DNA of 64,000 bases, from positions 99,202,001 to 99,266,000 of the forward strand of contig NC_087472.1 of assembly GCF_036321535.1 (NCBI RefSeq), in the 5' to 3' direction. Shown here in pieces: positions 38,831-51,619 of this stretch. The notes under the pieces were generated by a model. It was given only the letters and a program-made list of their open reading frames with translations. It ran no database searches and had not been told where the DNA came from. Position numbers and translations under genes: made by a program. Source of the DNA: Camelus dromedarius (taxonomy: Eukaryota). Each line of letters opens with the position of its first letter. Position 1 is the stretch's first letter.

Positions 38831-39569
38831 TCCAGTCTTTCATATTACAAAAAAATACTACAATGCATAACCTTGAATATATGCCATTCCACATGTGTGC
38901 AATTATATCTAAAGGATGAATTGCCAGAATTCCACCCAAGCTTTAGGTAAGTATTGAATGACAGCAAGCTATACAGATTCTTCTTCCAGATGAGCTCTTG
39001 GTGTTAGGGTATCCTTTGTTGCTGGTTGAATGTAGAACAATATGCTTTAACAATCAGCTGAGTAGATTGTAGGGATTCATAACCTTTTATGAAAATTGAA
39101 GACTGTGAGTATAAGGTCAAGGGACCACCCACAGGCAGGGCCAACATTTTGCTTGAGAAATAATATTGGATCACCACTAACTCATGGAGAGTAGACAAAA
39201 AGTTCTCAAATTCTAGACCACAATACATTAATCTTGAAAAAGTTTTAAGCATGTAACCAAACACTAACTTGTCTTTAACAAAAATTCTAAACTATTTAGT
39301 ACAAAGAACCATGGAGTGTTTAAGATTGAGCAACATCATTTCCTACAATAACTTTCAAGATAAATTGGTTTTGAAATGTATGCCCAGATTATCTGAGTAA
39401 GCTGATTTGCAACATAGTTTTGTAACCTATAAATCAGTTAAATGTTGGTGAACTGTTACCATAAATGATCATTTTGTTTTAAAAGAGTCACCTGTAGTTC
39501 TTTGGCTTATCAGTAATTAGATAGTATGGCCAAGAATTTATCAAAGCCCCTTTAGGACACTAAATCCAG

Positions 39570-40868
39570 ACTCATCAAGAACAAAAGAGAGAAGGCCCAA
39601 ATAAATAAAATCAGAAATGAAAGAGAAGTTACAACTGATAACTTTTTGTTGCAAAGGAAACAAACGCCAAAATAAACATAGGACTACATCAAATTAAAAA
39701 GCTTCTACATAGCAAAATAAACCATCAAGAAAATGAAAAACCAACCTACTGAATGGGAGAAGATATTTGCAAATCGAATATCTGATAAGAGGTTAATACC
39801 CCAAATATATAAAGAACTAATACAACTCAATAGCAAAAAAAAAAATCTGAATAAAAAATGGACAGAGGATCTGAATAGACATTTTTCCAAAGAAGACATA
39901 CAAATGGCCAATAGGCACATGAAAAGATGCTCAACATCATTAATTATTAAGGAAGTGCAAATCAAAACCACAATGAGATATCACCTCAAATCGGTTAGAA
40001 TATTTGAATGGCTATTATCAAAAAGGCAAGAAATAACAAGTGTTGGTGAGGAGGCAGAGAAAGAGAATGCTTGTGCGCTGTTGGTAGGAATGTAAATTGG
40101 TGCAACCACTATGGAAAGCAATATGAAGTTTCCTCCAAAAAATTAAAAATAAGACTACCATATGACCCGGCAATTCCATTTCTGAGTATTTATCTGAAGG
40201 AAAAAAAACACTAATTCAAGAAGATATGTGCATCCCCTTGTTCACTGCAGCATTATTTACAATAGCTGAGATATGGAAACAACTAAAGTGTCCATCAGTT
40301 GATGGCTGGATAAAGAAGATGTGGTATCTATATACAATGAAATACTATTTAGCCATAAAAAGGAATGATATTTTGCCATTTGCAACATGGATGGACTTTG
40401 ATGTTATTATGCTAAGTGAAATAAGGCAGACAGAGAAAGACAAATACCTTATGATTTTACTTATATCAAAATCTAAAAAACAAAACAAGTGGACAAACTG
40501 AACTCATAGATACAGAGAACAGAATGGTGCTTACCAGAGGTGAAGTGGGGGTGGAGGTGGGTGAAATGGGTGAAGGGGGTCAAGAGGTACAAACTTCCAG
40601 TTATAAAATAAATGTCATGTGGATATAATGTACAACATGGTTACTATAGTCAGTAATATTGTAGTGCATATTTGAAAGTTGCCAAGAGAGTAAATCTTAA
40701 AGTTTTCACATCAAGAAAGAATTTTTGTAACTTGATATGGTAATGGATGATAACTAGACATCATGGAGATGATTTCACAGTGCGTACAAATAGCAAATCA
40801 TGATGTGATTCACCTGAAACTAATATAATGTTGTATGTCAGTTATACCTCAATTGAAAAAAAAAAAAG
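39570..40868 (+). mobile_element. L1 3' end (L1MA-like), 5'-truncated, with poly(A) tail
   Basis: ORF2 C-terminal peptides ([31 protein letters not shown]), 3' UTR, and aattgaaaaaaaaaaaa tail. Confidence 0.92.
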
Positions 40869-41063
40869 ACTGGAGTTATGGAACTACCAGAACCTAGGAG
40901 AGAATCCCTAGAAAAATCCTTCCTTGGTGCCTTAGAAGGAGAATGGCTCTGCCAACACCTTGACCTTGGACTTCTAGCCCCTGGAACTGTGAGATGATAA
41001 ATTTCTGTTGTTCAAGCCACTCAGTTGTGGTACTTTGTTATAGCAGCCCTAGTAAACAAATAC
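40869..41063 (+). mobile_element. MLT1C/D LTR 3' part
   Basis: ctgccaacaccttgaccttggacttctagcc...gaactgtgag...ttgttatagcagccctagtaaacaaataca. Confidence 0.8.
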
Positions 41064-42248
41064 ATATTTATAATGATTTTCGGTGGCCTCACTCTTGACA
41101 ACCATATTATGTCAATTTAGTGGTGTGACTAAGTAAATGGCAAGAACAGAATCATGGGAGGCACTCAAACTGGAAACATTTGTTCATATGTCCATACGAG
41201 AATTATGGGGTTCGATTTCTGGCAAATCATCACCTTCAAAAGGCTCACACTTCCTAGGTTTGGTCACCACCTACACATGGTATTGACTACCCTGTAAGTT
41301 TTCAGTAAATCCTTACTGGCTACCTGCCATGACCATGCCCACCCCAATTGTGAAAAACTGAAGACCCCCAAGCCAGGACAGAATTACTCAAGGTACAAGC
41401 TACTGTCAAGTCTGAGTAAAGGTATAGCAAAATAATGCCCATATATTCCCCACCTATGGTATTCTCACATAGTCATAGACTTTTAGAACATGCTTCTAAG
41501 ACATTTTGTTATAGACCTACAAAAGCTTCAGGTGAATCCAGGCCCAGCAAATTTAACTGCAACTATATCCTATGATGATTTAGCTTCCCTGAAGATTTGT
41601 TTGGGGCATGTCAAAAGAATAGAATTTTATAACCATTTATACCTATCTGCCAGAATTCATTCTTTTGTGTGATTTAATAATGAATGAAAATTCTTTTAGA
41701 AGCTACGTAAGCTACGTATTTTTAAATTATATCCAGATAACAACGCTGTCTAGAGACCACATCCTCCAGATTCCCCTGAAAATGTCTATGAAGACACAGA
41801 GGAATACACACACTTTATATCCTTGCTTAGTTGTTTTTCCTCTTTCCTAGCCACTTTCCTCCACTTCCTTTCTAAAGAAATCCTGTGAAGAACAATCCCT
41901 GTCACAGCTCAATAAATCCTATGAAGAACAACCTACAATAAACATGTATCACTTTAACAATCAAAAACATTAAAATATACTTTCATTTCAAAAGTTAAGG
42001 TTTATCTTTTCACAAAGGACAGAGAGGCAAAAATGGAAGGCAAGAAGATAGACACAGAACGACTTCTGAAATGATAATAGCAAGTATTAGCTAGACCCAA
42101 ACTGTAATCTTTCTCTTGTTGAAATTAAAATATTCATAAGTATCCAAAAGACTTGTACTAACAACTCATGTTTAAGTTTTCATTTGAATTAACATTGAAT
42201 AACAGTTCATTCCCATCCCCAAAACAGTTTTAAGAAATGTTAAATCAC

Positions 42249-42445
42249 TGATTGTTTTCACAATTCCAAAACATAAAAACTACGTAGGGAGTTGTTTAAA
42301 ATAACAGAAGCACAATAGGGCACGTTTCCGAAGCTGCTCCTCAGGTCTCCCTGTGTGCCTTTTTTGGCCTGCGCTAAGCACCCAGAGGACTCTCATGTCA
42401 TCTCAGGAGCAGCCAGGGCCTCATAAGATTTTAATTTTAAAACAC
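42249..42445 (-). pseudogene. Fossil exon, alpha-helical domain
   Basis: Strong acceptor (T-rich tract ending ccattcag). Reads PEMT*ESSGCL...CASVILNNSLRSFYVLEL vs MTTP PFITDEVKKTL...AAAIILNNNPSYMDVKNI. Confidence 0.7.
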
Positions 42446-43029
42446 CTGAATGGAAAAAAATAAAATTCAAGCACCTTAATTAGAATTACATTTGTGAAAC
42501 TCCCTTGTTGGTTTTACTTTTAAGGACTTAGTGAAAATATTTTTAGTCATGTACAAAATGAAAGGAACTAGGAAACTAATTAGCATGAAATTCCACTTTC
42601 TCTCTAGGTTGAATACAAGGTGACTTGTTTTAAAGTAACTCAAAAGAAGGTCATCCAGTGTTAAACAGCCTGTCTGTATGGAGTCATTCTATTTCAGAAA
42701 GATGTTTTATAAAATAACCATAAAAGAGGGGTACCTAGGGAAACAATATTGCATCTGTTTTGTTTTTTTTTTAATGGGAAAATGAGCAAACTAATTTCAA
42801 TTACTTTGGAGTACAAATGCATTGAAATTATATTCATGTAAGTTTGATTTTAGAACCATGTAAATAGTCTATAAACCAAAATTAAATTTAAAAGCAAATC
42901 TTAAAATATTCAAAAGTAAAATTACACAAATGAACATAACTATGTATCTAGTTGGTGTCATAACTAGACAAAGAGGAGTTATTCCAAATGACTTTAAAAC
43001 AATAATTTGACTCTGTATCCCTAATGAGA

Positions 43030-43220
43030 AACAACCTAATGACAAAAAAAACAATTAAATTTGAATTTCAGATAAGCAAAAAATCAATTTTTAGTATAAG
43101 TATATCCTAAATGTTGGATTGGACATACTCATACTAAAAATACTTATTCTAAACAAGGAGTCATTGTTTCTCTGAATTTCCAGTTTAACTAAGTGTTCTG
43201 TTTATTATCTGGCAACCTTA
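43030..43220. mobile_element. MER53 palindromic hAT MITE within an L1 3' fragment
   Basis: ttaaatttgaatttcagataa...ttagtataagtat...atactaaaaa...tctggcaacc. Confidence 0.75.
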
Positions 43221-44232
43221 CATTGGGGGAAACTAGGTAAAGTATATAAGAGACTTCTCTGTATCATTTTTGCAACTTCCTGTGAGTCTATAATAATTTC
43301 AAAATAATTTTTAATTGAGAGAATAGAGTTTGAAAAGTAGTTGGTTCATGAAATCATCTTAAACTACCCATAGCTGAAGAAGAAAAATGATACCTAGATT
43401 TTTTTAAAAATAGTAAATACAAAGAGGCAGTAGTCCTGGGGTAAGATCTGACATGAAATTATTTAATATAAGGGCAAGGTGATCTGAGGACTTAACAAAT
43501 TGTTCTTTACAACTGAATATATTAGTGCTAGCTAACCAAGAAGATGGGAAGAGAAATGGACTGTAAATTATTTCTCTGTCCATGGTGCTGGACTGGTAAC
43601 AAAGAGATTTTATTTCAATCCAATACAAATATATCTTCATTTAAATCACCCCTTAGATCATTGTAAAAAGCATGACTTGATCATTTTTTTCCTTTATAAA
43701 ATCCTTCTGCAGACTTGAAATTGCATGAAAGGCAGTAACAGCAGACAGACTTTAAAAGTGAGAGTTGAGAATATAAGACAATCTCTTGCAGAAAAACAAA
43801 CATTGTTTCTTATCATTGATATAATTTTTCTTCAATTGAGGAATTGTTTTTATAAAATATCAAGCTGTTTATTCTGAGTCATTTCAACACCAACCTGAAG
43901 TGGGGAAGAAAAAATAGCAATGCCCTCCTTCCTAATCTCGGTCACATTTTCAATTTGGGGAAAATAATTGAAGAATCAACTTTCTTTTTCCTCGGTTTGG
44001 GGGAGGGAAATAAGGTAAGATGGAGAGAGTACTATGAAAGTGGACAAAAATATCACAGCACCAGAACACATGGTGAGTGGGTAGAGTGGGAGAACACTAC
44101 AGAAATGGATATGCATGACCTCACCATGAGCATCCCTAAAATATCCTGTAAAGATAGAAGGATTAACAGCTTATTCAACACTGTGTGTACAGATGCACAG
44201 AGCAGACCAAGAGCTCAGTAATCATTCCTTGC

Positions 44233-44420
44233 CTGTCAGATTCTTCATTGAAAACTAGTGCTTAAAACTCAAGATAGTTTTGCTCAGATAATTAAGTATA
44301 TTTTTAAGTATATTTTCCACTTTGCAATATGCCTTAAACAAGTTTCTCCTCTTGAAACCAGTGTAGCCAAATCCCCCACCCCATATATGAGTAAAACATT
44401 GCAGAGAATCACCAGAAAGG
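44233..44420 (-). pseudogene. Possible fossil exon ('LKA(I/L)GN(A/L)G'-like region)
   Basis: VLLIYGVGDLATLVSRGETCL lies at the collinear position expected for the LLTP L.LKAIGNAG motif; splice sites degraded. Confidence 0.35.
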
Positions 44421-45087
44421 GAAAGGTTTTTGTGGTAAACATTGTGCAAAAATTTAAATCATAAAAGTATATCAAGTGCCTGCTCTTTGCTTAGCAGTGA
44501 TATAGATACTAGGAATTTACAAAGATGAAATAATGCTCATCTCACCTACAACGAGCTTATCAACTTGGAGAAGAGACAAAATCATACAAAAGTGAAAACT
44601 TCATTTAAGAACTTTAAAGATTTAAGAATTGACATCTTTATAAGTTTACAGAGTAAACTTCACACTTTCAAGTTTACAGAGTGCTTCTACATATTCTATC
44701 ATTTCATCTGTACAGTAGCCCTATGGTGTAAGGGATTCTGTTAAGCTCCTGAAAAGTACAGGAATTCAGCTTTGGAGAAGAAACCAAAATATTCCTAAAT
44801 AATTCTTCAAACGGTATTAATTGATTTGATCTTGGGACTTAAAAGGCCATGGAAAGTTATTGGAAAGTTATTGGGGGCATATTCATATCCCCAACAATAC
44901 ATTGTCCAATCTTTGGTACACAGTAGATGCTCAATAAATGCCATTGAAGACAAGTTGCATTAATGTATTAATAAACATTACTTTTGAGGAAACTATGAGA
45001 ACAGCATATCCCTCAGTGTGATATCTACCTGTGTTTGACACAGTTAGTGGTTCAGTATATATTAAACTAAACTGGTAGGAGACTGAC

Positions 45088-45260
45088 CCTAATAATAAAG
45101 TGCTTACTATGTGCCAGATACTATTCTAAGTCCTCTGCATTTATCACCTCATCTTAACCTCATGACAATTTTGAGTTATGGGGCTGTTATTATGCCTATT
45201 TTTCAGAAAAAGTAAAGTGACCTCAGAGAGTTTAAGTAACTTATTCAAAGTAATTAAGGT
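45088..45260 (-). mobile_element. MIR SINE
   Basis: gtgcttactatgtgccag...ctcagagagtttaagtaactt. Confidence 0.8.
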
Positions 45261-45509
45261 ATTAAGGTATTAAGATCTTGAGATCTTTTCATTTTTTGCC
45301 CAGTAGATCATAAAGTTAATAGGCTCATTAGAAATTTGGTGGGAGAGATTGCCTCAGGCTGAGGTGGTCAGAAAACACTTCATGCCAGAAAAAATATAGA
45401 GAAAAGATCATCAAATTAGCTACCAAATTTGATAAAGTGAGAAATGGGCACTCCAGGAGAGTGAAGAGGAATGACCAAATTCACAGAAAGAAAAATCATA
45501 CAAAGAAAG

Positions 45510-45925
45510 TATATTAGTGCCAGTAACATCAGCAACTGTAACAGACCCCCAAATCTCAATGGCTTAGTAAGTTTATTTCTTGTTCATATGAAGCACAAAG
45601 AGTATATTCCTAGGTGTAAGTTTGCCTTCCCTGTGGTCTTCAGATACCCAGACTCCTTAAATCTTGTGGCTTTACCAGCTCCAAAATCTTGGTGTGTACT
45701 GTGGGATCCTCTGCATCTTGCTGGGAGACAAGGGAAAAGAGGCCATGGAGAAGCATTCCAGAAATTTTTATGGAGAAAGCCTGAAAGTTGCTTACTTCAA
45801 TTCTACCCTTATTCCACTGGCCTGCACTCAATGCCATGGCCACATACAACTGCAAGAGAGGCTTAGACATGTAATCTAGCAGTGTGCCTAGAAAGAAGAG
45901 AAGGCATGGCAATCTCAACTACAGT
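45510..45925 (-). mobile_element. Old MaLR LTR (MLT1J-like)
   Basis: ctgtaacagacccccaaatctcaatggctta...catggccacatacaactgcaagagaggct. Confidence 0.65.
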
Positions 45926-46729
45926 ATGCCAATTGGACCTTCTTCCATGTCCTCTAGAAAGCTTTTATTCTCTCATAGTTCTGGTTTAGTCTTAGGTGTC
46001 ATTCATTACTGACCATGATGGCCAAAGTTGACTGAAAGGGTAGTAATCAAATATAATACTCACCCTAGAGTCAGCAACCACCTACAGTCTGTTCCATGAA
46101 TATCTACCTTCCTCCAGCATTATGTTCTCATTTGGGAAATTGTGACTTCTCTCAGCAGCATAACGGACAGACAAAAATTACCTCACCAAGGAAACTCTGC
46201 ACAAAATCCAAGAGGAAAAAAGGCAGGAAAAGGAAAGGTAATGAGTACATGGAAACTAACCACAAGAAAGAGAATTTCATTTAAATTTATGAAAAGAGAG
46301 GAAAATGGAAGGATGAAAAAACAATTAAGAGTGTTTTAGTAGGTATAGAGCACATGTCAAATGTGTATAGAGCACATACAAAGTGAACATGCTAAAAATA
46401 TTTTAGTCAAGGGATAAGTACGAAAAATTAGGAAAGACAGAGAAGACAAAGAGTTAAAGACAAGATTCACCTGTCACCCTAAAAATAAGGTAATGAGAGC
46501 TTCTAATACAAATATGATTGACAAAGACACTTGAATTAGTATTCTATGACAAATATAGCTCAAATGGGGAATATAAATTCTTCCCTTTTCCCATACCATT
46601 ACCCATCCCCCAGGATTGCCCCAAAACATCCTAACAAACTTCAAAAAGATAACATCACTAAGGCTGGGAAAGCCAAAACTGGTATCTTTATTTGTTTACC
46701 TCATTTCTTCCCCTGCCATTCACTCTTTC

Positions 46730-47870
46730 ACAGAGTGGCTTCTCTGCCCACCACATTATTGAAACCACTTCATTTGAGTTCACCAGCAAGCTCTGTGTTG
46801 CCAAATCCAGTGGTCACCTCTCTGTCCTCAAACTTAGTATCCCCTCAGCTGTACTCAACACAGTTGATCATTCCCTCCATCTTGTAATAATTTCCTTTCT
46901 TGGTTTCAGCAACATCACGCTTTCCCTAACTGGTTCCTCCTTCGTCAACTGATCTCTAAATGTTTATAAGCCCCATAGTCCTTTTCTCTGTCTTTGATGG
47001 ATTCATGCAGTCCTGTAGCTTTAAATATTTGATATTCAATACTCCCAAATGGTATCTTCTGCTGACATGACATCTCCTCTTGGAAGTCAGGTAGGATGCC
47101 CTAGAAGTTCTTCTAAATTACTGACTTAGACCAAAAACTCATCATCTCCTCCCTCCGCAAAATCCATTTCTCCACCCATCTCTTCCATTTTGGTAGATGG
47201 CACCAGCAGTCACCCAGTTGGTCAAGCCAAACCCTAGATCACTCAAGTTTCCTTTCCATCCTTCAACCTCCACAATCAATCTGACACCTTCCTCCTTACA
47301 ACTCTATCTCTAAAACATCCCAAATCTGTCTATCGGCATTGTTTTCCCCTGATCTATGCCAATCGCCTTTCACTGTCAACGTCTCCTAGTAGATCTCCCT
47401 GCTCTTGACACTTCCTAAACTCTTTTCCTCTCAGAAGTTAGAGTTAACTTTAAACCACAAATCAGATAACGTTATTACCCCCATTTAAAACCCCCTTATA
47501 ACTTATCATTATTCTTAAAATAAAATCCAAACTCCTAAGCATCAGTGAAAAGAGCCTCTACCTTCCTAAACTCATCTCATGAAACCTTTCCCCACCATAC
47601 CGTGTTCCACCCACACTAGCTTGCTTTCTGTTCCTCAACCAGACCAAGTCTCTCAACTATCCACCTCTTCAAAACTAGGTCCTATTGCATTCTCTCTTGT
47701 TACCCTGTTTATTTCAGTACCTTAATTATCTAATTTACTTATTAGTTTCATCATGTATTATTTGCCTCTTTCACTAGACTATATGGTTCATAAAGGCAGA
47801 ACCTATAAAGTTAGTGCTGTAACTTGAGTATTAAGCACCAATAACTTATTGAAATGGCCCTCAAATAAAA
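46730..47870 (+). mobile_element. L2 fragment
   Basis: ttgccaaatccagtggtcac...acacagttgatcattccctcc...aaaatccaaactcc. Confidence 0.75.
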
Positions 47871-47947
47871 AAAGTTAAATGAGTGATTTAAAGGAAGTAG
47901 CAATTTGAACAAAATTAATAATGGGGGGAAAGAGTCTCTTTTGTCAC

Positions 47948-48066
47948 CTGAATCTTCCACCAATACTGTCTTCCGACCCAGGCTTGAAATTTCCTGAGAT
48001 CTCATGAGGGAGAGAACTCTGAACTGTTGTCAGGCAGTGGCAATCCAAATAAAAATTTAGATAGAG
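47948..48066 (-). pseudogene. Possible fossil exon, alpha-helical domain
   Basis: AG acceptor and CAG|gtgaca donor; weak similarity only (DCHCLTTVQS / SLMRSQEISSLG). Confidence 0.35.
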
Positions 48067-49091
48067 CTATTTTGGTGTGGAAGAGGGTCATCAGGGAAAA
48101 GTGGAAAGGAGCAGAAAATTGTTGATAGGTGCCACTGGGGCTCAGAGAAGCCAGTGGGGGTGAGGTATAGAAATCACAAAGTAAAAATTTTAGAACCACC
48201 ACTCTTGGCTTTCACTTCCCAGCCCACGATAACCACCAAAGTGCAGTCATTCTATTTTCAGGGTTCTATTTCTAGGCTGTAAGAATGGAGCAAATTTTAG
48301 AGTATTACAGACTTTCACAGGAAAAAAGAAAAGATTACCTAAAAATATTTTCACCTTTGCCAAGAAGTGCTTCCAAACACAAGCCTTCGCTTGTCACGCC
48401 TGCCCTGTTTCCCCCCTTTCCCCTTCTTTGCTACTACCTGTTCCCTCGTTGCACCAGCTACATCTGGTGCCGAAAGAATTAGCTGACATGTCCCAAGTAA
48501 TTTGAGCTCTTCAAACAGAAAGCGTTCCAGAAATAAAAATAAGGTGCTAAATAGTTACAAGTCTTTTCTACCAGAATTATTGTTGAGATTTTCTATTTTT
48601 CTATTTTTAAGTTTTCACCCTTATGTTTTATGGAAGAGAATGCCAAAGCATGTGATATTTCACCATATGATTAGTTCTCAAATAAGAGACACAAAGCTAG
48701 TATTATCTGGAGCCACATTGTCTATTTTCTCTTGAAACTGTGCACCAACCTAAAGCGACGAAAACTTTTTCTCTGTCCAGAGAGTCTCACAATTTGAATT
48801 CAAACTCTCTGTAATATACAGGTTTTAGGTATTAGATTTAAATTTTCATTCAGCTAACATTTAGTAAGTACCTACTGTGTGCCAGATATAGTAGTAAATG
48901 CCTTCACACTGACTTTATTTGATCTTCATAACCATCCTCTGAGTGGGATATTATCACCCCATTTCAGAGATGGAAAATTTGAAAATTAAACTGTAAGTAA
49001 CTTGACCATGTTTATAAAGGCCATGGCAGAGACAGAGAGAGTCAAACAAATAAATAAAAATAAAAACCATGGTAATTGTGTGCTTAGAATA

Positions 49092-49550
49092 TGTGGTGGG
49101 CAGAATAATGGCCCCCCTAAAATGTCCACATCCTAATCCCAGAACCTCTGAATATGTTGCCTGAATGGTAAGAAGGATTTTGCAGATGTAACTAATATTA
49201 GCCTGGATTATCCAGGTGATCCCATTGTAATTGTAAGGGTCCTTATATAAAAGTGAGGTAGGTGAGTCTGTCAGAGAAGAAGCTGTGATGGTAGAAGCAG
49301 AGGTTGTGATGATACAATTGCTGAAGGGGGCCGCAAACCAAGGAACACAGAAAGCCTCTCGAAGCTGGAAAAGGCAAAGAAACAGATTATCCCCTATATC
49401 CAGAAGGAATGCAACCCTGCCAACACCTTGATTTTATCCCTTGAGACCCATTCTAGACTTCTGACATCCAGAACTGTAAGTTAACAGATATGTGTTTGAA
49501 ACCACCAAGTTTGAGGTAATTTGTTACAGCAGCAATCAGAAACTGATACA
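49092..49550 (+). mobile_element. Near-complete MLT1D-like LTR
   Basis: tgtggtgggcagaataatggccccc...tttgttacagcagcaatcagaaactgataca. Confidence 0.88.
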
Positions 49551-49809
49551 CTGTCCGTTCTTTTAACATCTACATATGTTCTTATGTTTAACTATGGACT
49601 CTAGGCTCCGTGTGTCCTGTTCACTTCTGCATCTTCAGCATCTGTCACAGTACCATCTGCCCGTTCTTCATGCAGGTGGTGGTTATTAATGATAATTCAA
49701 ATCCTACAGAAAACACAACAGTAATCCAAACTGTATCTGACATCGTTCACTTTATCAGCAAGAGAAGGAAATTATTATTTAAATCAAATTAGTGACTTTC
49801 TTTAATCAC

Positions 49810-50055
49810 CTATATAAATATTTGTACAACTTTTTCCAAAATTGGAGATCTGTAACATCTTTAATTTTTTTAAAAAATCAGATAATTTTGCTGGGATTAG
49901 AAACTGATAGACTGAGAGATGTCGGCAATCCTTCCTCAAGGCTCTTCCAGTTCCATCCTCGGGTTAAGATGCGTCATCAGAAAACTCCATGCTCGGCCTA
50001 CCTTCCCCTCACTCTACAACTATCTTTACAAGATGATATTTTAACACCAAACACT
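49810..50055 (-). pseudogene. Possible fossil exon, alpha-helical domain
   Basis: Donor AG|gtgatt. LPTSLSLSVSNPSKII resembles the LLTP 'SL.F...P' motif; several stops. Confidence 0.4.
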
Positions 50056-50524
50056 GGCTTTCAGTGAGGGCCAAGGAAGAGATCTTTTTTTTTTTTAATT
50101 CTAGTTTTTTTGATGAAACATTTAAACAAAATTTCTAATGATACTACAAACCCTTTAACACAAAGAACCCAGTGATAAATTTCTCTCATGTGTACTCATA
50201 AATATATTTTTAGTTTCTCTGGAGGAACTGAACTGGTTCTAACTAGTGAAAATTCAAATTATAAAGCCTATTTATTGCCTCTCTCTCTCTCTCTCTTTCT
50301 CCCCTAGCCACCAGGAGACACAGAGCCAAATTTGGTATGTGAAATCTATAGCTTCTTAGAACAAGGAATTCTTGCTAGGGTTTTACTCCTTCTCTTATTT
50401 TGAAAGTTCTTTTCTTTTTATCTTGTCATTGTTTTATAATATTACCTATTCTGTCTCAAACCATTTTTTGAAGGTTGGAAGAATATTAATGAGTCAATAT
50501 TAATATATTAAACCACATTCTAAC

Positions 50525-50663
50525 TTTAATATTTATTACTGTCTTCATGAGCCTCCAAGTTTTTTGAGAGCCGTGTTGCTTATATGCCATGAAACAATGA
50601 ACTAACAAATCCCCAGACACTTTCAGGCTGGAGGGGTGCAAAGGAGACACATTTAACAAGATC
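50525..50663 (-). pseudogene. Fossil exon, alpha-helical domain
   Basis: Acceptor ttttctctgtgcttatccctag after a short intron. Open frame DLLVHCFMAYKQHGSQKTWRLMKTVI resembles the LLTP helix pair 'LVDA...G(S/T)....LMK..I'. Confidence 0.6.
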
Positions 50664-50729
50664 CTAGGGATAAGCACAGAGAAAATGACTTCTACACAGT
50701 AGGAAAGACTTTTTCAGGTAACATGCAAC

Positions 50730-50995
50730 CTAGAAGATGTCCATCGTCTAATGAAAACCAGGATAGGCTAAAAGTATTTGTGAAAAACTGTGGAGATCCA
50801 ATAAGAACAAATGGCTTGAATCAGAAATTAAGTACTCTGTACTTTTTTTTAACTTGTACTTTAAGTTTTGGACTTTGAACAATTCAGAGAGAGGCTGAAA
50901 GTCAGTAGTCTTAATACCAGGCCTCGTATAACGTGTTGACAACTCTGTGATATCGTTAGACACAAGAGACAATGAGAGATCATAATTAAGCAGTT
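50730..50995 (-). pseudogene. Fossil exon, barrel/alpha-helical domain junction
   Basis: Acceptor tatcttcttttacag; about 80 open codons. Reads ITELSTRYTRPGIKTTDFQPLSELFKVQNLKY...SHLFLLDLH vs MTTP IKAVDSKYTAIPIVGQVFQ...PSLSELWRSTRKY...RNFLAFIQH. Confidence 0.8.
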
Positions 50996-51619
50996 CTGTA
51001 AAAGAAGATAACCAATCAGGCAGGAAGAATGCTGAGGCATTTCAGTTGGTCATTGCTACATAAAGCCCTCACCAACTCCTGAGACAAGATGGACTGGGAG
51101 GTAACCTCAGAACCAAACCATACCTACAGCCATGCATGTCTTTGTAGCCCAGTTCGTTTCAGTCTGAGAAACATTGACTTTATACCTCTTTGGTGCTAAA
51201 TACTTCACTAGGCGCTTAGAAATAAAAAGATGAATCATATTGGTCTGGGCCAAAAGAGAGCTCACATTCTTGTGAGGAAGACAGACATATGAACAAATAA
51301 GGCTGCATGAGAGTTAGAACTAGAATAGTATGTAGGAAATAAGAGGCCAAACATAGAAGACAGTCTGAGGAAGGACATAAACTAAAACATGGGTTATGAA
51401 GACAGAGACTTTGTTTTTGAGGCAATGAAGGGACAGAAGAGAACTCCAGGCAGAGGACAAAATGTAGGAAAAGTCCTTGAAGTGTAAAATAATATGTCTG
51501 GTTTAGGGAAAAAAAAGTGCAAAAATAAAGGTAAGAGTGGGGAGTGGGTAGAAATTAAAACATATTAAAGTTTCTGAGGAGGGACGTGGCATGATCAGAT
51601 TTTTACTTTTAAAATTTTC

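Noticed and set aside
39733..40501. 120-aa and 91-aa ORFs as genes
   Set aside because: L1 ORF2 C-terminal fragments.
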